NCBI GenBank assembly: GCA_964016255.1
Contig: CAXHFF010000001.1
Span: forward strand, 1 to 54,036
Direction of reading: 5' to 3'
Source: an uncultured Acidimicrobiaceae bacterium
Lineage (GTDB): Bacteria > Actinomycetota > Acidimicrobiia > Actinomarinales > Actinomarinaceae
DNA length: 54,036 nucleotides
Position 1 is the first letter of the stretch. The number at the start of each line of letters is the position of its first letter. Shown here one piece after another: positions 38,718 through 49,350 of the stretch. Under the pieces are notes generated by a model that did no database searches, was not told the origin of the DNA, and saw only the letters and a program-made list of their open reading frames with translations. The position numbers were made by a program, and so were the translations under genes.

Positions 38718-39343
38718 AAACACTAATAGCTAAAAAAGTTGGAATGACTCAAATATTTGATGAAGAGTCAAACGCAAAAGGTGTTACAGTTCTAGACATA
38801 TCAGGGTGCAGGGTTGTACAGGTTAAGTCGACAGAAAAAGATGGATACTCTGCAGCTCAACTTACTATAGGCTCCTCGAAGAAAGTCAATAGACCAACTC
38901 AGCAACATTATGATACATATAAAGTTGAACCAGGAGAATGTCTTTATGAGGTCCCCCTAGACAATGACTCCGATATTAAATCTGGAACGGAATTAAACGT
39001 AAGTGAATACTTTGAAGTTGGCCAAAAAATTGACATAACAGGATTTTCAAAAGGGCATGGCTTCACAGGCGTAATGAAACGCCACAATTTTTCAGGCCAA
39101 AAAGCTAGTCACGGTGTTCATAAAGTACACAGAGCAGGTGGGTCAATTGGTAATGCTTCATATCCAGGACATGTTTTTAAGGGGCAAAAAATGGCTGGTA
39201 GAATGGGTAATCAAAAAAAGACAATTCAATCCGTAACAATTGTCGAAATCAACGCAGAAAAAAATTATATTTTAGTTAATGGACCTGTCCCTGGGAAAAA
39301 AGGGAATATTGTCCAAATACAGTCAGCAGTTAAGGTTTCATAA
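38714..39343 (+). CDS. rplC: 50S ribosomal protein L3
   Basis: 209 aa. [25 protein letters not shown]. Confidence 0.96.
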   Translation: MKTLIAKKVGMTQIFDEESNAKGVTVLDISGCRVVQVKSTEKDGYSAAQLTIGSSKKVNRPTQQHYDTYKVEPGECLYEVPLDNDSDIKSGTELNVSEYFEVGQKIDITGFSKGHGFTGVMKRHNFSGQKASHGVHKVHRAGGSIGNASYPGHVFKGQKMAGRMGNQKKTIQSVTIVEINAEKNYILVNGPVPGKKGNIVQIQSAVKVS

Positions 39344-39966
39344 TGAGTATAAAGCTAGATACATACAATACTTCTGACAATAAGGTTACTAAGAGTCAGT
39401 TCAATTATGAAGTAATTGAGGATATCAATATTGGACTACTTCATCAAGTTGTAAAATCAAATAGAACAAATTACAGAAATAATACAGCTTCTGTAAAAAC
39501 AAGATCACAAGTATCTGGAACTGGAGCAAAGCCGTGGGCCCAAAAAGGCACAGGTAGAGCTAGGCAGGGTTCACTACGTTCACCGCAATTTGTTGGTGGA
39601 GGTATTGCGCATGGTCCAGGAGGAAGAGTTTACATTGATAGAACCCCTAAAAAAATGAAAAAAAAGTCACTTAATATGGCAATTTCTCAGAGGATTAAAG
39701 AAGAAGCTTTATTTATAGTTGATGGCGAATCTGTAGAAACACCATCAACAAAGCTAGCGTCAACAGTCTTAAAAGAGTTCAATATAGATAAGTCTTTTAT
39801 ATTTGTTTACGGTGAAGGCGATGATAATTTGATTAAGTCATTCAGAAATTTAAAAAACTCAAGAATTGTTTCAGTAAAAAAACTCTCAACATATGACGTT
39901 GTCTCAACTGACAATGCAGTTTTGTCAAAAAACGCAATGGTTTATATAACAGGAGAAAGTAAATGA
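39343..39966 (+). CDS. rplD: 50S ribosomal protein L4
   Basis: 207 aa. GTGAKPWAQKGTGRARQGSLRSPQFVGGGIAHGP. Confidence 0.96.
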   Translation: MSIKLDTYNTSDNKVTKSQFNYEVIEDINIGLLHQVVKSNRTNYRNNTASVKTRSQVSGTGAKPWAQKGTGRARQGSLRSPQFVGGGIAHGPGGRVYIDRTPKKMKKKSLNMAISQRIKEEALFIVDGESVETPSTKLASTVLKEFNIDKSFIFVYGEGDDNLIKSFRNLKNSRIVSVKKLSTYDVVSTDNAVLSKNAMVYITGESK

Positions 39967-40250
39967 AGTTCTTAGAAGATGTTTTACTTTCCCCAGTGAT
40001 ATCAGAAAAATCTTATGACAGGATTTCAGATTCTAATGCTTACACTTTTTTTGTTCATTCTGATGCAAAAAAACCGGAGATAAAAAGAGCAGCACAAGAA
40101 CTATTTGATGTTGAAGTATTATCTGTGAATACAATGTATAGGAAAGGCAAGAAAAAAAGATTTGGTTATATTTTAGGTCAACAAAGTACAAGAAAAATTG
40201 CAATAATCACCCTTCAAGAGGGAGATACTATCGAGGCATTCGGGGTATAG
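39963..40250 (+). CDS. rplW: 50S ribosomal protein L23
   Basis: 95 aa. SPVISEKSY...YTFFVHSDAKKPEIKRAAQELFDVEVLSVNT. Position between L4 and L2. Confidence 0.94.
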   Translation: MKFLEDVLLSPVISEKSYDRISDSNAYTFFVHSDAKKPEIKRAAQELFDVEVLSVNTMYRKGKKKRFGYILGQQSTRKIAIITLQEGDTIEAFGV

Positions 40251-40253
40251 GTT

Positions 40254-41087
40254 ATGGGACAAAAGAAAATTAGACCAGTAACTCCTGGAATGAGGGGACA
40301 AGTATCTGGAGACTTTAAAGAAATCACAAAAAGCAAACCTGAGAAATCCTTACTTCAATCTAAAAATTCATCTGGTGGAAGGAATAACAAAGGCCGAATC
40401 ACATCCCGACATCGTGGTGGCGGACACAAAAGAAAATACAGAATAATAGATTTTAGGCGTACTAAAGATAACATACCCGCAAAAGTAGCAGCTATTGAGT
40501 ATGACCCAAATAGAAATGCTCGCATAGCCCTTCTTCATTATGTAGATGGAGAAAAAGCTTACATTATTGCACCTGACGGCATCACTCCAGGAGCTCAAGT
40601 TATATCTGGTCCAAAAGCTGACATTAAAGACGGTAACTGTCTTCCTCTTAGAAATATTCCAGCTGGTACATTTGTACACAACGTAGAACTAAGACCTGCT
40701 GGTGGAGCAAAAATGGCAAGATCTGCTGGTTCATCTGTACAGCTAATGAGCAAAGAGGGTGGATTAGCACTCTTGAGACTTCCTTCTGGTGAAATGAGAA
40801 CAGTTTCAATGGATTGTAGAGCAACCATTGGAACAGTTGGAAATGCTGAAGCAGAATTAACAAAACTTGGAAAAGCAGGACGTAAAAGATGGAAGGGCGT
40901 AAGACCACAAACAAGAGGTGTTGCGATGAACCCTGTAGACCATCCACTTGGTGGAGGAGAGGGTAAATCATCTGGAGGTAGAACACCTGTGAGCCCTTGG
41001 GGTAAGCCTGAAAAAAAGACTAGGAATAAAAAGAAATATAGCAATAAATCAATTGTTAGAGGGCGATCCCAAAAGGGTAGAGGTTAG
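40254..41087 (+). CDS. rplB: 50S ribosomal protein L2
   Basis: 277 aa. [17 protein letters not shown] and [16 protein letters not shown]. Confidence 0.97.
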   Translation: MGQKKIRPVTPGMRGQVSGDFKEITKSKPEKSLLQSKNSSGGRNNKGRITSRHRGGGHKRKYRIIDFRRTKDNIPAKVAAIEYDPNRNARIALLHYVDGEKAYIIAPDGITPGAQVISGPKADIKDGNCLPLRNIPAGTFVHNVELRPAGGAKMARSAGSSVQLMSKEGGLALLRLPSGEMRTVSMDCRATIGTVGNAEAELTKLGKAGRKRWKGVRPQTRGVAMNPVDHPLGGGEGKSSGGRTPVSPWGKPEKKTRNKKKYSNKSIVRGRSQKGRG

Positions 41088-41089
41088 TT

Positions 41090-41353
41090 ATGTCAAGAAG
41101 TTTAAGAAAAGGACCATTTGTCGATGATCATTTACTATCAAAAGTTGAAGATGCTAAAAATAGTGGTAACAAAACAGTAATCAAAACCTGGAGTAGGAGA
41201 TCTACAGTTGTTCCTGAAATGGTCGGATTGACCATAGCAGTACACAATGGGAGACAGCACCTTCCAGTATTCATTACTGAAGCAATGGTTGGCCACAAGC
41301 TTGGAGAGTTTTCTCCAACGCGTACATTTAAAGGACACCCTGGACAAAGCTAA
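41090..41353 (+). CDS. rpsS: 30S ribosomal protein S19
   Basis: 87 aa. [13 protein letters not shown] and [32 protein letters not shown]. Confidence 0.97.
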   Translation: MSRSLRKGPFVDDHLLSKVEDAKNSGNKTVIKTWSRRSTVVPEMVGLTIAVHNGRQHLPVFITEAMVGHKLGEFSPTRTFKGHPGQS

Positions 41354-41700
41354 TGGAAAAACAAACAGTTACAGCAAAAAGTAAATATATAAGACAATCC
41401 CCTTATAAGGTGAGATTAGTTTTGAATTTAATAAGAGGGTTAAACGTAAATGAGGCTCTAAATATATTGACTTTTACAAAAAGAAAAGCAGCTACGGATA
41501 TTAAACAGCTTTTAGAAAGTGCAATTGCCAATGCTGAAAACAATTTTGGATTGTCTTCTGCAAACCTAGAAATTACTAAGGCTATTGCTGATGAAGGACC
41601 AACTTTAAAAAGATTTAGACCTAGAGCCAGAGGTAGTGCTGGAAGAATTAATAAAAGAACTTCCCACATATTGATCGAATTAGAAAGCGCAGAGGAATAA
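41353..41700 (+). CDS. rplV: 50S ribosomal protein L22
   Basis: 115 aa. [17 protein letters not shown] and [18 protein letters not shown]. Confidence 0.96.
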   Translation: MEKQTVTAKSKYIRQSPYKVRLVLNLIRGLNVNEALNILTFTKRKAATDIKQLLESAIANAENNFGLSSANLEITKAIADEGPTLKRFRPRARGSAGRINKRTSHILIELESAEE

Positions 41701-41702
41701 AA

Positions 41703-42593
41703 ATGGGTCAAAAAACACATCCATATGCATTTAGGATTGGAATAGTCAATGACTGGAAATCTAGATGGTTTAGCCACAAAGATTACACAAAACTTGTAAA
41801 CCAAGATTATAGAATTAGAGAATTTCTAACAGCAGAGCTTTTAAAAGGTGCACTTTCCAGAATTGATATTGAAAGAACACGAGATAAGGTACAAGTAGAC
41901 ATACATACAGCTCGTCCAGGTGTCGTAATAGGTCGAAAAGGTGCAGAAGCTGATCGTTTAAGAAAAGGTCTTGAAGAATTAACTAGCCAACCTGTAAAAC
42001 TCAACATTATTGAAGTTAGAGAAGCAGAACTAGATGCACAACTATTAGCTCGCGCCGTAGCTGACCAGCTGGAAAACAGAGTTGCCTTTAGAAGAGCAAT
42101 GAAAAGGGCAGTAGGTTCGGCACTAAAAGCAGGAGCTGAAGGAGTTAGAGTTGAGTGTTCCGGAAGACTGGGTGGAGCTGAAATGGGAAGGCGAGAATGG
42201 TACAGAGAAGGTAGAGTCCCTCTTCATACATTACGAGCAGACATAGATTTTGGTAGAGCCGCAGCACACACAACTGTTGGAGCAATAGGTGTAAAAGTAT
42301 GGGTTTATAAAGGGGACGTTGTTGCTACAAATAAACTTCATCAAGATAAAATTAACGCGGAAGCATCTCTTGCAAGTGGAGGTCCTGCAACCGGTAGAGT
42401 TAAGTCTGTCAAATCAAGAGTGGAAGCCGCCGCAGGAGAGACTAAAGAATCAAGAATACTTGAAGCCGGTGGAGGAAAAAAAGTCGGAGAACAAACTTCT
42501 AAAATAGTTGAAGCTGGCGGAGGTAAAAAAATAACTCCTGTAAAAGCCCAAGAACAATTTGAAGAAGAAAAATCAATATTGGAAGAAGAATAA
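41703..42593 (+). CDS. rpsC: 30S ribosomal protein S3 with long C-terminal extension
   Basis: 296 aa. [14 protein letters not shown]...W.SRWF and the KH domain. The conserved core ends near VWVYKGDV (residue ~206), followed by a charged tail of about 90 aa. Confidence 0.96.
   Translation: MGQKTHPYAFRIGIVNDWKSRWFSHKDYTKLVNQDYRIREFLTAELLKGALSRIDIERTRDKVQVDIHTARPGVVIGRKGAEADRLRKGLEELTSQPVKLNIIEVREAELDAQLLARAVADQLENRVAFRRAMKRAVGSALKAGAEGVRVECSGRLGGAEMGRREWYREGRVPLHTLRADIDFGRAAAHTTVGAIGVKVWVYKGDVVATNKLHQDKINAEASLASGGPATGRVKSVKSRVEAAAGETKESRILEAGGGKKVGEQTSKIVEAGGGKKITPVKAQEQFEEEKSILEEE
42456..42533 (+). repeat. Tandem 16-aa-period repeat inside the S3 tail
   Basis: [10 protein letters not shown] (residues 252-261) and [10 protein letters not shown] (residues 268-277). 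At nucleotide level GAAGCCGGTGGAGGAAAAAAA and GAAGCTGGCGGAGGTAAAAAA. Confidence 0.8.
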
Positions 42594-42596
42594 CTT

Positions 42597-43007
42597 ATGT
42601 TAATGCCTAAAAAAACAAAATATAGAAAGTCTCATAGAGGAAGAAGAAAAGGCATGTCTAAAGGTGGAACCGAAGTAAATTTTGGTGACTTTGGCCTACA
42701 AGCATTAGAAACATCCTATATTACAGGTCGTCAAATTGAAGCAGCAAGAATAACAATTACACGTACAATGCAGAGAAAAGGGAAAGTTTGGATAAACATT
42801 TTTCCCCATAAACCAATTACAAAAAAACCGGCTGAAGTCAGAATGGGTTCAGGAAAAGGTGCTGTTGAATACTATGTAGCTGTTGTAAAACCAGGAAGAA
42901 TTATTTTTGAAATTTCTGGTGTTTCTGAAGAAGTTGCTAGGGAAGCAATGAGAAAAGCTGGACACAAGCTCCCCATCAGTACAAAATTCGTAATGAGGCA
43001 CACATGA
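42597..43007 (+). CDS. rplP: 50S ribosomal protein L16
   Basis: 136 aa. [16 protein letters not shown] and [25 protein letters not shown]. Confidence 0.96.
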   Translation: MLMPKKTKYRKSHRGRRKGMSKGGTEVNFGDFGLQALETSYITGRQIEAARITITRTMQRKGKVWINIFPHKPITKKPAEVRMGSGKGAVEYYVAVVKPGRIIFEISGVSEEVAREAMRKAGHKLPISTKFVMRHT

Positions 43008-43222
43008 GTATAAATGATTTAAGAGAACTTTCTATTTCGGAACTAGAGACTAAAGTATCTGAATTAAAGAAAGAATTGATGGAGTCTAGGTTCTCTTTGG
43101 CAACTAGCCAGATTGAAGATACTTCAATTTTTAAAAAAATAAAAAAACAAATTGCACAAGCCAACACTGTTTTAAACCAAAAAAAAAGAGAAGATATGAT
43201 GAAAGCTGATAATAATGAGTAA
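43004..43222 (+). CDS. rpmC: 50S ribosomal protein L29
   Basis: 72 aa. [25 protein letters not shown]. Conserved position L16-L29-S17. Confidence 0.93.
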   Translation: MSINDLRELSISELETKVSELKKELMESRFSLATSQIEDTSIFKKIKKQIAQANTVLNQKKREDMMKADNNE

Positions 43223-43481
43223 CCAGATAGAAAGATCGTCCAGAAAAGTAAGAACGGGTGTTGTTGTGTCTGATAAAAGACAAAACACGGTCACTGTTGC
43301 CATTGAGTTACAATATCCTCATCCAAAGTATGGAAAAATAGTTAAGAAAACTAGAAAACTGCACGCTCATGATGAAAGCTTTGAAGCAAAGATGGGTGAC
43401 ACTGTAAAAATAATGGAAACTAAGCCAATTTCTAAATCCAAACGATGGAGAGTTACTGAAGTCATTGAGAGGGCAAGATGA
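43215..43481 (+). CDS. rpsQ: 30S ribosomal protein S17
   Basis: 88 aa. [42 protein letters not shown]. Confidence 0.96.
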   Translation: MSNQIERSSRKVRTGVVVSDKRQNTVTVAIELQYPHPKYGKIVKKTRKLHAHDESFEAKMGDTVKIMETKPISKSKRWRVTEVIERAR

Positions 43482-43846
43482 TACAGAAAGAATCTCGTCT
43501 TAAGGTTGCTGATAATTCCGGCGCTAAAGAAGTTTTATGCATAAAAGTAAAAGGGAGCTCAAGAATTAGATACGCAGGTCTTGGAGATGTATTTACTGCG
43601 ACTGTAAAAGATGCTATTCCTGGTGGCCAAATTAAAAAAGGAGATATCGTCGAAGCGGTAGTTGTGAGAACTAGTAAAGAAACAAGAAGAAAAGATGGCA
43701 CATATATAAGATTTGATGAAAATGCTTGCGTAATAATTAATGAGCAGGAACAACCAAGAGGAACTAGAATCTTTGGACCTGTTGGCAGAGAATTGAGAGA
43801 AAAAAAGTTTATGAGAATAGTATCACTCGCTCCGGAGGTAATTTAA
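43478..43846 (+). CDS. rplN: 50S ribosomal protein L14
   Basis: 122 aa. [24 protein letters not shown]. Confidence 0.97.
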   Translation: MIQKESRLKVADNSGAKEVLCIKVKGSSRIRYAGLGDVFTATVKDAIPGGQIKKGDIVEAVVVRTSKETRRKDGTYIRFDENACVIINEQEQPRGTRIFGPVGRELREKKFMRIVSLAPEVI

Positions 43847-44148
43847 TGAAAATTAAAAAAGGTGATTTAGTGAAAGTCATTGCTGGAAAAGATAATGGAA
43901 AAGAAGGTAAAGTTATACAAGTTTTTCCTAAAAAGAACAAAGTACTTGTTGAAGGTGTAAATATCACTAAAAAACATCAAAAACCCCAAGGCCAAACAAT
44001 GCAAGGTGGTGTAATTGACATTACAATGCCAATACATATTTCCAATGTAGCTCTAGTTGTTAAAAAGAAGAGCGGAAGAGTAGCTTATAAATTTGATAAA
44101 AATGGTCAAAAATATCGAGTTCTTGCTCAAACAGGAGATGAAGTATGA
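43846..44148 (+). CDS. rplX: 50S ribosomal protein L24
   Basis: 100 aa. KIKKGDLVKVIAGKDNGKEGKVIQV (KOW motif). Confidence 0.96.
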   Translation: MKIKKGDLVKVIAGKDNGKEGKVIQVFPKKNKVLVEGVNITKKHQKPQGQTMQGGVIDITMPIHISNVALVVKKKSGRVAYKFDKNGQKYRVLAQTGDEV

Positions 44149-44690
44149 TTCCAAGATTAAAAGAAGCATTTAATACAGGACTAAATGAAGAGATCAAAAA
44201 AGAGTTGGGCTTAGAGAACGTTAACCAAATACCCACTCTTGAAAAAATTGTTCTCAACATTGGTTCCAGTAAAGCTGCTACAGATGGCAGAACTTTGGAG
44301 TCAATTGTAGATGAGCTCACAGCAATATCAGGTCAAAAACCTGTTATAAAAAGAGCTAAAAAATCCATTGCAGGTTTTAAAGTCAGAGAGGGAATGCCAG
44401 TAGGTGTTTCTGTGACTCTTCGTGGAGATAGAATGTGGGAATTTTATGATCGATTCATTCAAGTTGTAGTACCTAGAATTAGAGACTTTAGAGGATTTAG
44501 TATGAAGTCATTTGATGGCAATGGGAACTATTCACTTGGATTAAATGAACAATTGGTTTTTCCTGAAGTTGAATATGACAAGGTTAAAGATATTCGCGGC
44601 ATGAACATTACAATTTGTACAACCGCTAACGATAATAAAAAAGGATATGTATTATTACATTCGCTAGGGTTTCCTTTTAGAGAGAATTAA
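44145..44690 (+). CDS. rplE: 50S ribosomal protein L5
   Basis: 181 aa. [39 protein letters not shown]. Confidence 0.96.
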   Translation: MIPRLKEAFNTGLNEEIKKELGLENVNQIPTLEKIVLNIGSSKAATDGRTLESIVDELTAISGQKPVIKRAKKSIAGFKVREGMPVGVSVTLRGDRMWEFYDRFIQVVVPRIRDFRGFSMKSFDGNGNYSLGLNEQLVFPEVEYDKVKDIRGMNITICTTANDNKKGYVLLHSLGFPFREN

Positions 44691-44692
44691 AA

Positions 44693-44998
44693 ATGGCAAA
44701 AACAAGTAAAATAGTTAAAAACAATAAAAGATTAGATACAGTAAATTTTTACAGTGACAAACGAAAAGATTTGCTTGCAGTAATTAAAGATCCTGAATCA
44801 TCATATGATGAAAAAAGAGCTGCTCAAAAAAAGATTGCAAAAATGCCAAGAGATGCTTCTGCGACAAGACATAGAAATAGGTGTCAAGTTACTGGAAGAC
44901 CAAGAGGCACACTCAGGAAATTTGGTATGTCAAGAAATACATTCCGAGACCTAGCACTTAAGGGTGAACTCCCTGGAATAAAGAAAGCATCGTGGTAA
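44693..44998 (+). CDS. rpsN: 30S ribosomal protein S14, long zinc-independent (C-minus) form
   Basis: 101 aa. [43 protein letters not shown]. Only one Cys and no CxxC pairs. Confidence 0.95.
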   Translation: MAKTSKIVKNNKRLDTVNFYSDKRKDLLAVIKDPESSYDEKRAAQKKIAKMPRDASATRHRNRCQVTGRPRGTLRKFGMSRNTFRDLALKGELPGIKKASW

Positions 44999-45001
44999 GC
45001 A

Positions 45002-45400
45002 ATGGTTACTGATCCAATTTCTGACTTATTAACAAGACTTCGCAATGCATCCATGGTTTCAAAGCCTAATGTTTCTATTCCCCATTCAAACTTTAAGCTT
45101 GAACTAGCAAAGCTTCTTAAAAATGAGGGCTATGTATCTGATGTTAAAGTATCTGGAGAAGGTGTAAAAAAATTAATTGATATTGACATGAAATATTCTG
45201 ATGAAGGCATGTCAGTTATATCTGGTATGAATCGATTATCAAAACCAGGTCAAAGAGTTTATTCAAGTTTTGATAAGCTACCAAGAAATAATGGCGGATT
45301 AGGTACGGTCATAGTCTCGACATCACGTGGTTTACTTTCTGACTCCGAAGCAAGAAAAAGAAAATTAGGTGGAGAGTTAATTTGTGAGGTTTGGTCATGA
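45002..45400 (+). CDS. rpsH: 30S ribosomal protein S8
   Basis: 132 aa. MVTDPISDLLTRLRNA and GGELICEVW at the C-terminus. Confidence 0.97.
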   Translation: MVTDPISDLLTRLRNASMVSKPNVSIPHSNFKLELAKLLKNEGYVSDVKVSGEGVKKLIDIDMKYSDEGMSVISGMNRLSKPGQRVYSSFDKLPRNNGGLGTVIVSTSRGLLSDSEARKRKLGGELICEVWS

Positions 45401-45948
45401 GTCGAATTGGTAATAAGCCGATCGCAATACCTGAAAAAGTTGAAGTATCAATAAAAGATATGACAATTTCAGTAAAAGGTCCCAAAGGTGAGTTGTCTAC
45501 AATAGTCGTTGATGAAAGAATAACTTTTGAAGTTAATGAAGGAATCCTTGCATTTTCAAGAACCAGCGAAGACAAAGTTGTTAAAAGCTTACATGGTTTG
45601 TACAGGTCTCTAGTGGCCAATAACATTGAAGGAGTTGTAGACGGATATTCAAAGACACTTTCTCTTGTTGGTGTTGGGCACAGAGTTTCAATGAAAGGTA
45701 ATGATCTTGAAATTTTATGCGGATTTTCACATCCTGTATTATTTAAAAAAGTTGAGAATATAAAATATGAAGTTCCTGATCAAAATACAATAATTGTTTC
45801 TGGTATTGATAAGGCTTTAGTTGGAGAAGTAGCTGCAAACATAAGAGCTATAAAACCTCCGGAACCATATAAAGGTAAAGGTATTCGCTATAAAGATGAA
45901 TATGTTAGAAGAAAAGCAGGTAAAGCTGCTGTGACAGCAGGAGCATAA
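45397..45948 (+). CDS. rplF: 50S ribosomal protein L6
   Basis: 183 aa from ATG 45397 (ATGA overlap with the rpsH stop). MSRIGNKPIAIPEKVEV and PEPYKGKGIRY. Confidence 0.95.
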   Translation: MSRIGNKPIAIPEKVEVSIKDMTISVKGPKGELSTIVVDERITFEVNEGILAFSRTSEDKVVKSLHGLYRSLVANNIEGVVDGYSKTLSLVGVGHRVSMKGNDLEILCGFSHPVLFKKVENIKYEVPDQNTIIVSGIDKALVGEVAANIRAIKPPEPYKGKGIRYKDEYVRRKAGKAAVTAGA

Positions 45949-45955
45949 AATAGCT

Positions 45956-46303
45956 ATGAAAACAAAGAATCCTAGACTTAAAAGAAAAATTAGAATAAGA
46001 AAAAAAATATTTGGCACATCCTCAAAGCCAAGACTTGCAGTTTTTAAAAGTAATAAAAATATTTATGTCCAAGCAATTGATGACTTAAGTCAAAATACAA
46101 TCGCAACCGCAAGTTCATTATCAGATGAACTTAAAAATGAGAAATTAACTGTAGAAACATCAAAAAAGGTTGGCGAAAAATTGGGAGAAGATTTATCTAA
46201 AATAGGAATCAAAGAAGCTGTCTTTGATAGAGGTGGATATATTTATCACGGAAGAGTCGAAGCTGTAGCCGAAGGAATAAGAGAAAAAGGGATTAAATTT
46301 TAA
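45956..46303 (+). CDS. rplR: 50S ribosomal protein L18
   Basis: 115 aa. RLAVFKSNKNIYVQAIDD and FDRGGYIYHGRVEAVAEGIREKGIKF. Confidence 0.96.
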   Translation: MKTKNPRLKRKIRIRKKIFGTSSKPRLAVFKSNKNIYVQAIDDLSQNTIATASSLSDELKNEKLTVETSKKVGEKLGEDLSKIGIKEAVFDRGGYIYHGRVEAVAEGIREKGIKF

Positions 46304-46851
46304 TGGTAGAGCAAGAGTTACAAGAGAGTGTTATTCACATTAACCGAGTGGCTAAAGTCGTAAAAGGTGGTCGAAATTTTGCTTTTACAGCTCTAGTTGC
46401 TGTAGGTGATGGGAATGGTAATGCAGGTATAGGCTATGGAAAAGGTTCAGAAGTTCCTCTCGCAATACAGAAAGCAATTGAAAATGCAAAGAGAGACATA
46501 CATCAAATCCCAATGGCAGGTTCAACTATAGTTCACACCATTACAGGAGAACAAGGGTCTTCTAAAGTTCTTCTTAAACCCGCATCCCCAGGAACAGGTA
46601 TTATTGCAGGAGGGGCTGCAAGAGAAGTTTTACAGGTTGCAGGGATAAAAGATATCCTAGCTAAATCTTTAGGTTCTCCGACACACTTGAATGTTGCTAA
46701 AGCCACCATGAATGGTTTGCTTGGACAAAGAACGCCTGACTCTGTAGCAAAATTAAGAGGTAAGAAACCTTCTGAAATTGCTCCCAAAGGATTAGTAGAC
46801 GCATATGAAAAAACAAAAGCTGAAAGAAAAGTTACTAACCAAGATGTCTAA
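46303..46851 (+). CDS. rpsE: 30S ribosomal protein S5
   Basis: 182 aa. INRVAKVVKGGRNFAFTALVAVGDGNGNAGIGYGKGSEV. Confidence 0.96.
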   Translation: MVEQELQESVIHINRVAKVVKGGRNFAFTALVAVGDGNGNAGIGYGKGSEVPLAIQKAIENAKRDIHQIPMAGSTIVHTITGEQGSSKVLLKPASPGTGIIAGGAAREVLQVAGIKDILAKSLGSPTHLNVAKATMNGLLGQRTPDSVAKLRGKKPSEIAPKGLVDAYEKTKAERKVTNQDV

Positions 46852-47026
46852 AGTAAAAATTACACTCAAAAGAAGCCTTATTGGACAAGGTCATAAATCT
46901 CGCGAAACTATTAAGTCTTTAGGCTTAAAAAAAATTAATTCTTATGTTGAAAGAGACATGGATGACTCTTTACAGGGAATGCTTCGTGTTGTAAATCATC
47001 TAGTAGAAATTGAAGAGGTTTCATAA
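46844..47026 (+). CDS. rpmD: 50S ribosomal protein L30
   Basis: 60 aa from ATG 46844. MSKVKITLKRSLIGQGHKSRETIKSLGLKKI. The ORF-track start at 46805 would overlap rpsE by 47 nt. Confidence 0.92.
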   Translation: MSKVKITLKRSLIGQGHKSRETIKSLGLKKINSYVERDMDDSLQGMLRVVNHLVEIEEVS

Positions 47027-47475
47027 TGGATAAATTAAGATTTCATCATCTAAAGCCGACTCCTGGTTCTACAAAAAAGAAATTAAGAAAAGGTAGGGGT
47101 GAAGCTGGTAAAAGAGGAAAAACAGCTGGTAGAGGTACTAAAGGTACAGGAGCTCGTAAAACAGTGCCTGCTTATTTTGAGGGTGGACAAATACCACTTT
47201 ATAGAAGAATTCCTAAATTAAAAGGTATTGGAAATGGACCTAAAATGGCATATGTTGTTGTTAATGTTTCAGATCTTCAAGAAAAAAACATTTCTGGTGA
47301 TGTAGATCCCGATACACTGAGAAATCTTGGTTTAACAAGAAAAAAAGGTTTAGTAAAAATACTCGGTAATGGTGAAATCTCTAATTCTGTGAATTTGAAA
47401 GTACACTCTATTAGCGAAGTTGCAAAAGAAAAAATTGAAAAAGCTGGTGGTACAATAGAGATCATCGAAGGCTAG
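47026..47475 (+). CDS. rplO: 50S ribosomal protein L15
   Basis: 149 aa. LKPTPGSTKKKLRKGRGEAGKRGKTAGRGTKG and FEGGQIPLYRRIPK. Confidence 0.96.
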   Translation: MDKLRFHHLKPTPGSTKKKLRKGRGEAGKRGKTAGRGTKGTGARKTVPAYFEGGQIPLYRRIPKLKGIGNGPKMAYVVVNVSDLQEKNISGDVDPDTLRNLGLTRKKGLVKILGNGEISNSVNLKVHSISEVAKEKIEKAGGTIEIIEG

Positions 47476-47477
47476 TT

Positions 47478-48791
47478 ATGAAATTATCTATATTTAAATA
47501 TATGTTTAAGATTCCAGATCTTAGAAAGAGAATTCTATTCACGCTAGCTATGTTCGGTGTTTATAGATTAGGAGCATCCGTTCCCGTCCCAGGAGTAGAC
47601 CTAGAAGCAGTTCAAAGATTAACTGACTCAGGTTCCCAGGCCGGTATTTATGGATTACTCAACTTATTTTCTGGTGGGGCACTTGAAACTTTCTCTGTTT
47701 TCGCTTTAGGGATAATGCCATATATCACCTCTAGTATTATTTTACAATTACTCACCGTTGTTATTCCACGACTTCAAAAATTACAAGAAGAAGGAGAGTC
47801 GGGTAGAAAAGTAATTACACAATGGACGAGATATATCACTGTTGTTTTAGCGCTACTGCAATCAACAGGCCTTACTTATATTTTTTCTAGAGGAAGTTTA
47901 ACAGGAGGTATATCACTTATCCCGAATTATACTCCTTCCAGAGTTGGGTTGATAGTCTTAACCATGACGGCGGGTACTGCATTTATTATGTGGCTCGGAG
48001 AACTTATTTCACAACGTGGTATTGGTAATGGAATGTCTCTAATTATTTTTGCTAGCATCATTTCTCAATTGCCAGCTAGTTTTGGCGGAGCATACCAAGT
48101 TACTGCAGGCCAAGGAAGAATAGGGCAGTTCTCATTTCTAGTTTTGATGTTCATACTTATGATTGTTGGAATAATTTATGTCGAACAAGGTCAGAGAAGG
48201 ATTCCTATACAGTTTGCTAAAAGAGTTAGAGGAAGAAAAGTTATGGGTGGTCAAAGTACATATATTCCATTAAAAGTAAACAGTGCTGGGGTTATTCCAG
48301 TAATCTTTGCTACAAGCATTTTATTTTTCCCGGCATTAATTGCAACTTCTTTGCCTCAAGATAATGCAATCACTGCAGGAATTAGAAATTGGATAGACGT
48401 TAATCTTGCAAACTCTCAAGGAACAAGTTGGTTTTACATCTTTTTTCTTGGCATGTTGATAATTTTCTTTACCTATTTTTATACCACTATTCAATTCGAT
48501 CCAGTTAGACAATCCGATATGATAAGACGTCAGGGCGGTTTCGTACCTGGAGTTAGACCAGGTATCTCAACAACAAACTACTTATCTCATATAGTAAGTC
48601 GAATTACTCTTCCGGGCTCAGTTTTCCTTGCCTCTGTAGCAGTTCTTCCATCAATTGCTTCAGCTATTTGGGATATACCATTGGGATTTGGTGGAATATC
48701 AATTTTGATTACCGTAGGTGTTGCATTAGAAACTATGAAACAAATAGAAAGTCAATTAAGTATGAGAAATTATGAAGGGTTTATTGATTGA
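47478..48791 (+). CDS. secY: Preprotein translocase subunit SecY
   Basis: 437 aa, about 10 TM. LFSGGALETFSVFALGIMPYITSSIILQLL and GNGMSLIIF. Confidence 0.97.
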   Translation: MKLSIFKYMFKIPDLRKRILFTLAMFGVYRLGASVPVPGVDLEAVQRLTDSGSQAGIYGLLNLFSGGALETFSVFALGIMPYITSSIILQLLTVVIPRLQKLQEEGESGRKVITQWTRYITVVLALLQSTGLTYIFSRGSLTGGISLIPNYTPSRVGLIVLTMTAGTAFIMWLGELISQRGIGNGMSLIIFASIISQLPASFGGAYQVTAGQGRIGQFSFLVLMFILMIVGIIYVEQGQRRIPIQFAKRVRGRKVMGGQSTYIPLKVNSAGVIPVIFATSILFFPALIATSLPQDNAITAGIRNWIDVNLANSQGTSWFYIFFLGMLIIFFTYFYTTIQFDPVRQSDMIRRQGGFVPGVRPGISTTNYLSHIVSRITLPGSVFLASVAVLPSIASAIWDIPLGFGGISILITVGVALETMKQIESQLSMRNYEGFID

Positions 48792-49345
48792 CCGATATTA
48801 TAATTTTTCTCGGCCCTCCAGGTGCTGGAAAAGGAACTCAAGCATCGCGAATAGCTGAAGAAAACAACCTTGCCCATATTTCTACTGGAGATATGTTACG
48901 AGAACATGTTTCGAATAATTCTGAACTAGGCATAAAAGCAAAGTCATTATTAGACGAGGGAAAATTAGTACCTGATGCACTCGTTATAGATATGCTTACT
49001 GAGAGATTGAATGCGGATGATTGTAAAAATGGTGCAATACTTGATGGCTTTCCACGAACTTTAGCTCAAGCCCAAAGTCTTGAAAAAGTAAGTGAATACT
49101 TTCAAATAACAAAGGTTATTGTTTTTGAAGCTAATAATGATGAGTTGGTAAAGCGTATTCTACATAGAGGAGAGACTTCTGGACGAAGCGATGATACAGA
49201 AGAATCTATAAGAGTCCGTTTAGAGGTATATCAAAAAGATACAGAACCACTTATCGATTATTATGAAAAGAATACTTCAACTCTAAAAATTAATGCAGTT
49301 GGCAAAGTGAACGATATCTACAGTCTTCTTTCTCAGGAGTTTTAA
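48788..49345 (+). CDS. adk: Adenylate kinase, short-lid form
   Basis: 185 aa. P-loop FLGPPGAGKGTQ and ILDGFPRT. No Cys4 zinc-lid insert. TTG start overlapping the secY TGA. Confidence 0.95.
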   Translation: MTDIIIFLGPPGAGKGTQASRIAEENNLAHISTGDMLREHVSNNSELGIKAKSLLDEGKLVPDALVIDMLTERLNADDCKNGAILDGFPRTLAQAQSLEKVSEYFQITKVIVFEANNDELVKRILHRGETSGRSDDTEESIRVRLEVYQKDTEPLIDYYEKNTSTLKINAVGKVNDIYSLLSQEF

Positions 49346-49350
49346 TTTTT

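Noticed and set aside
40595-41044. Two overlapping minus-strand ORFs (149 aa and 112 aa) antisense to rplB
   Set aside because: They are shadow ORFs opposite the Gly/Arg-rich L2 gene. They have no start context or recognisable motifs.
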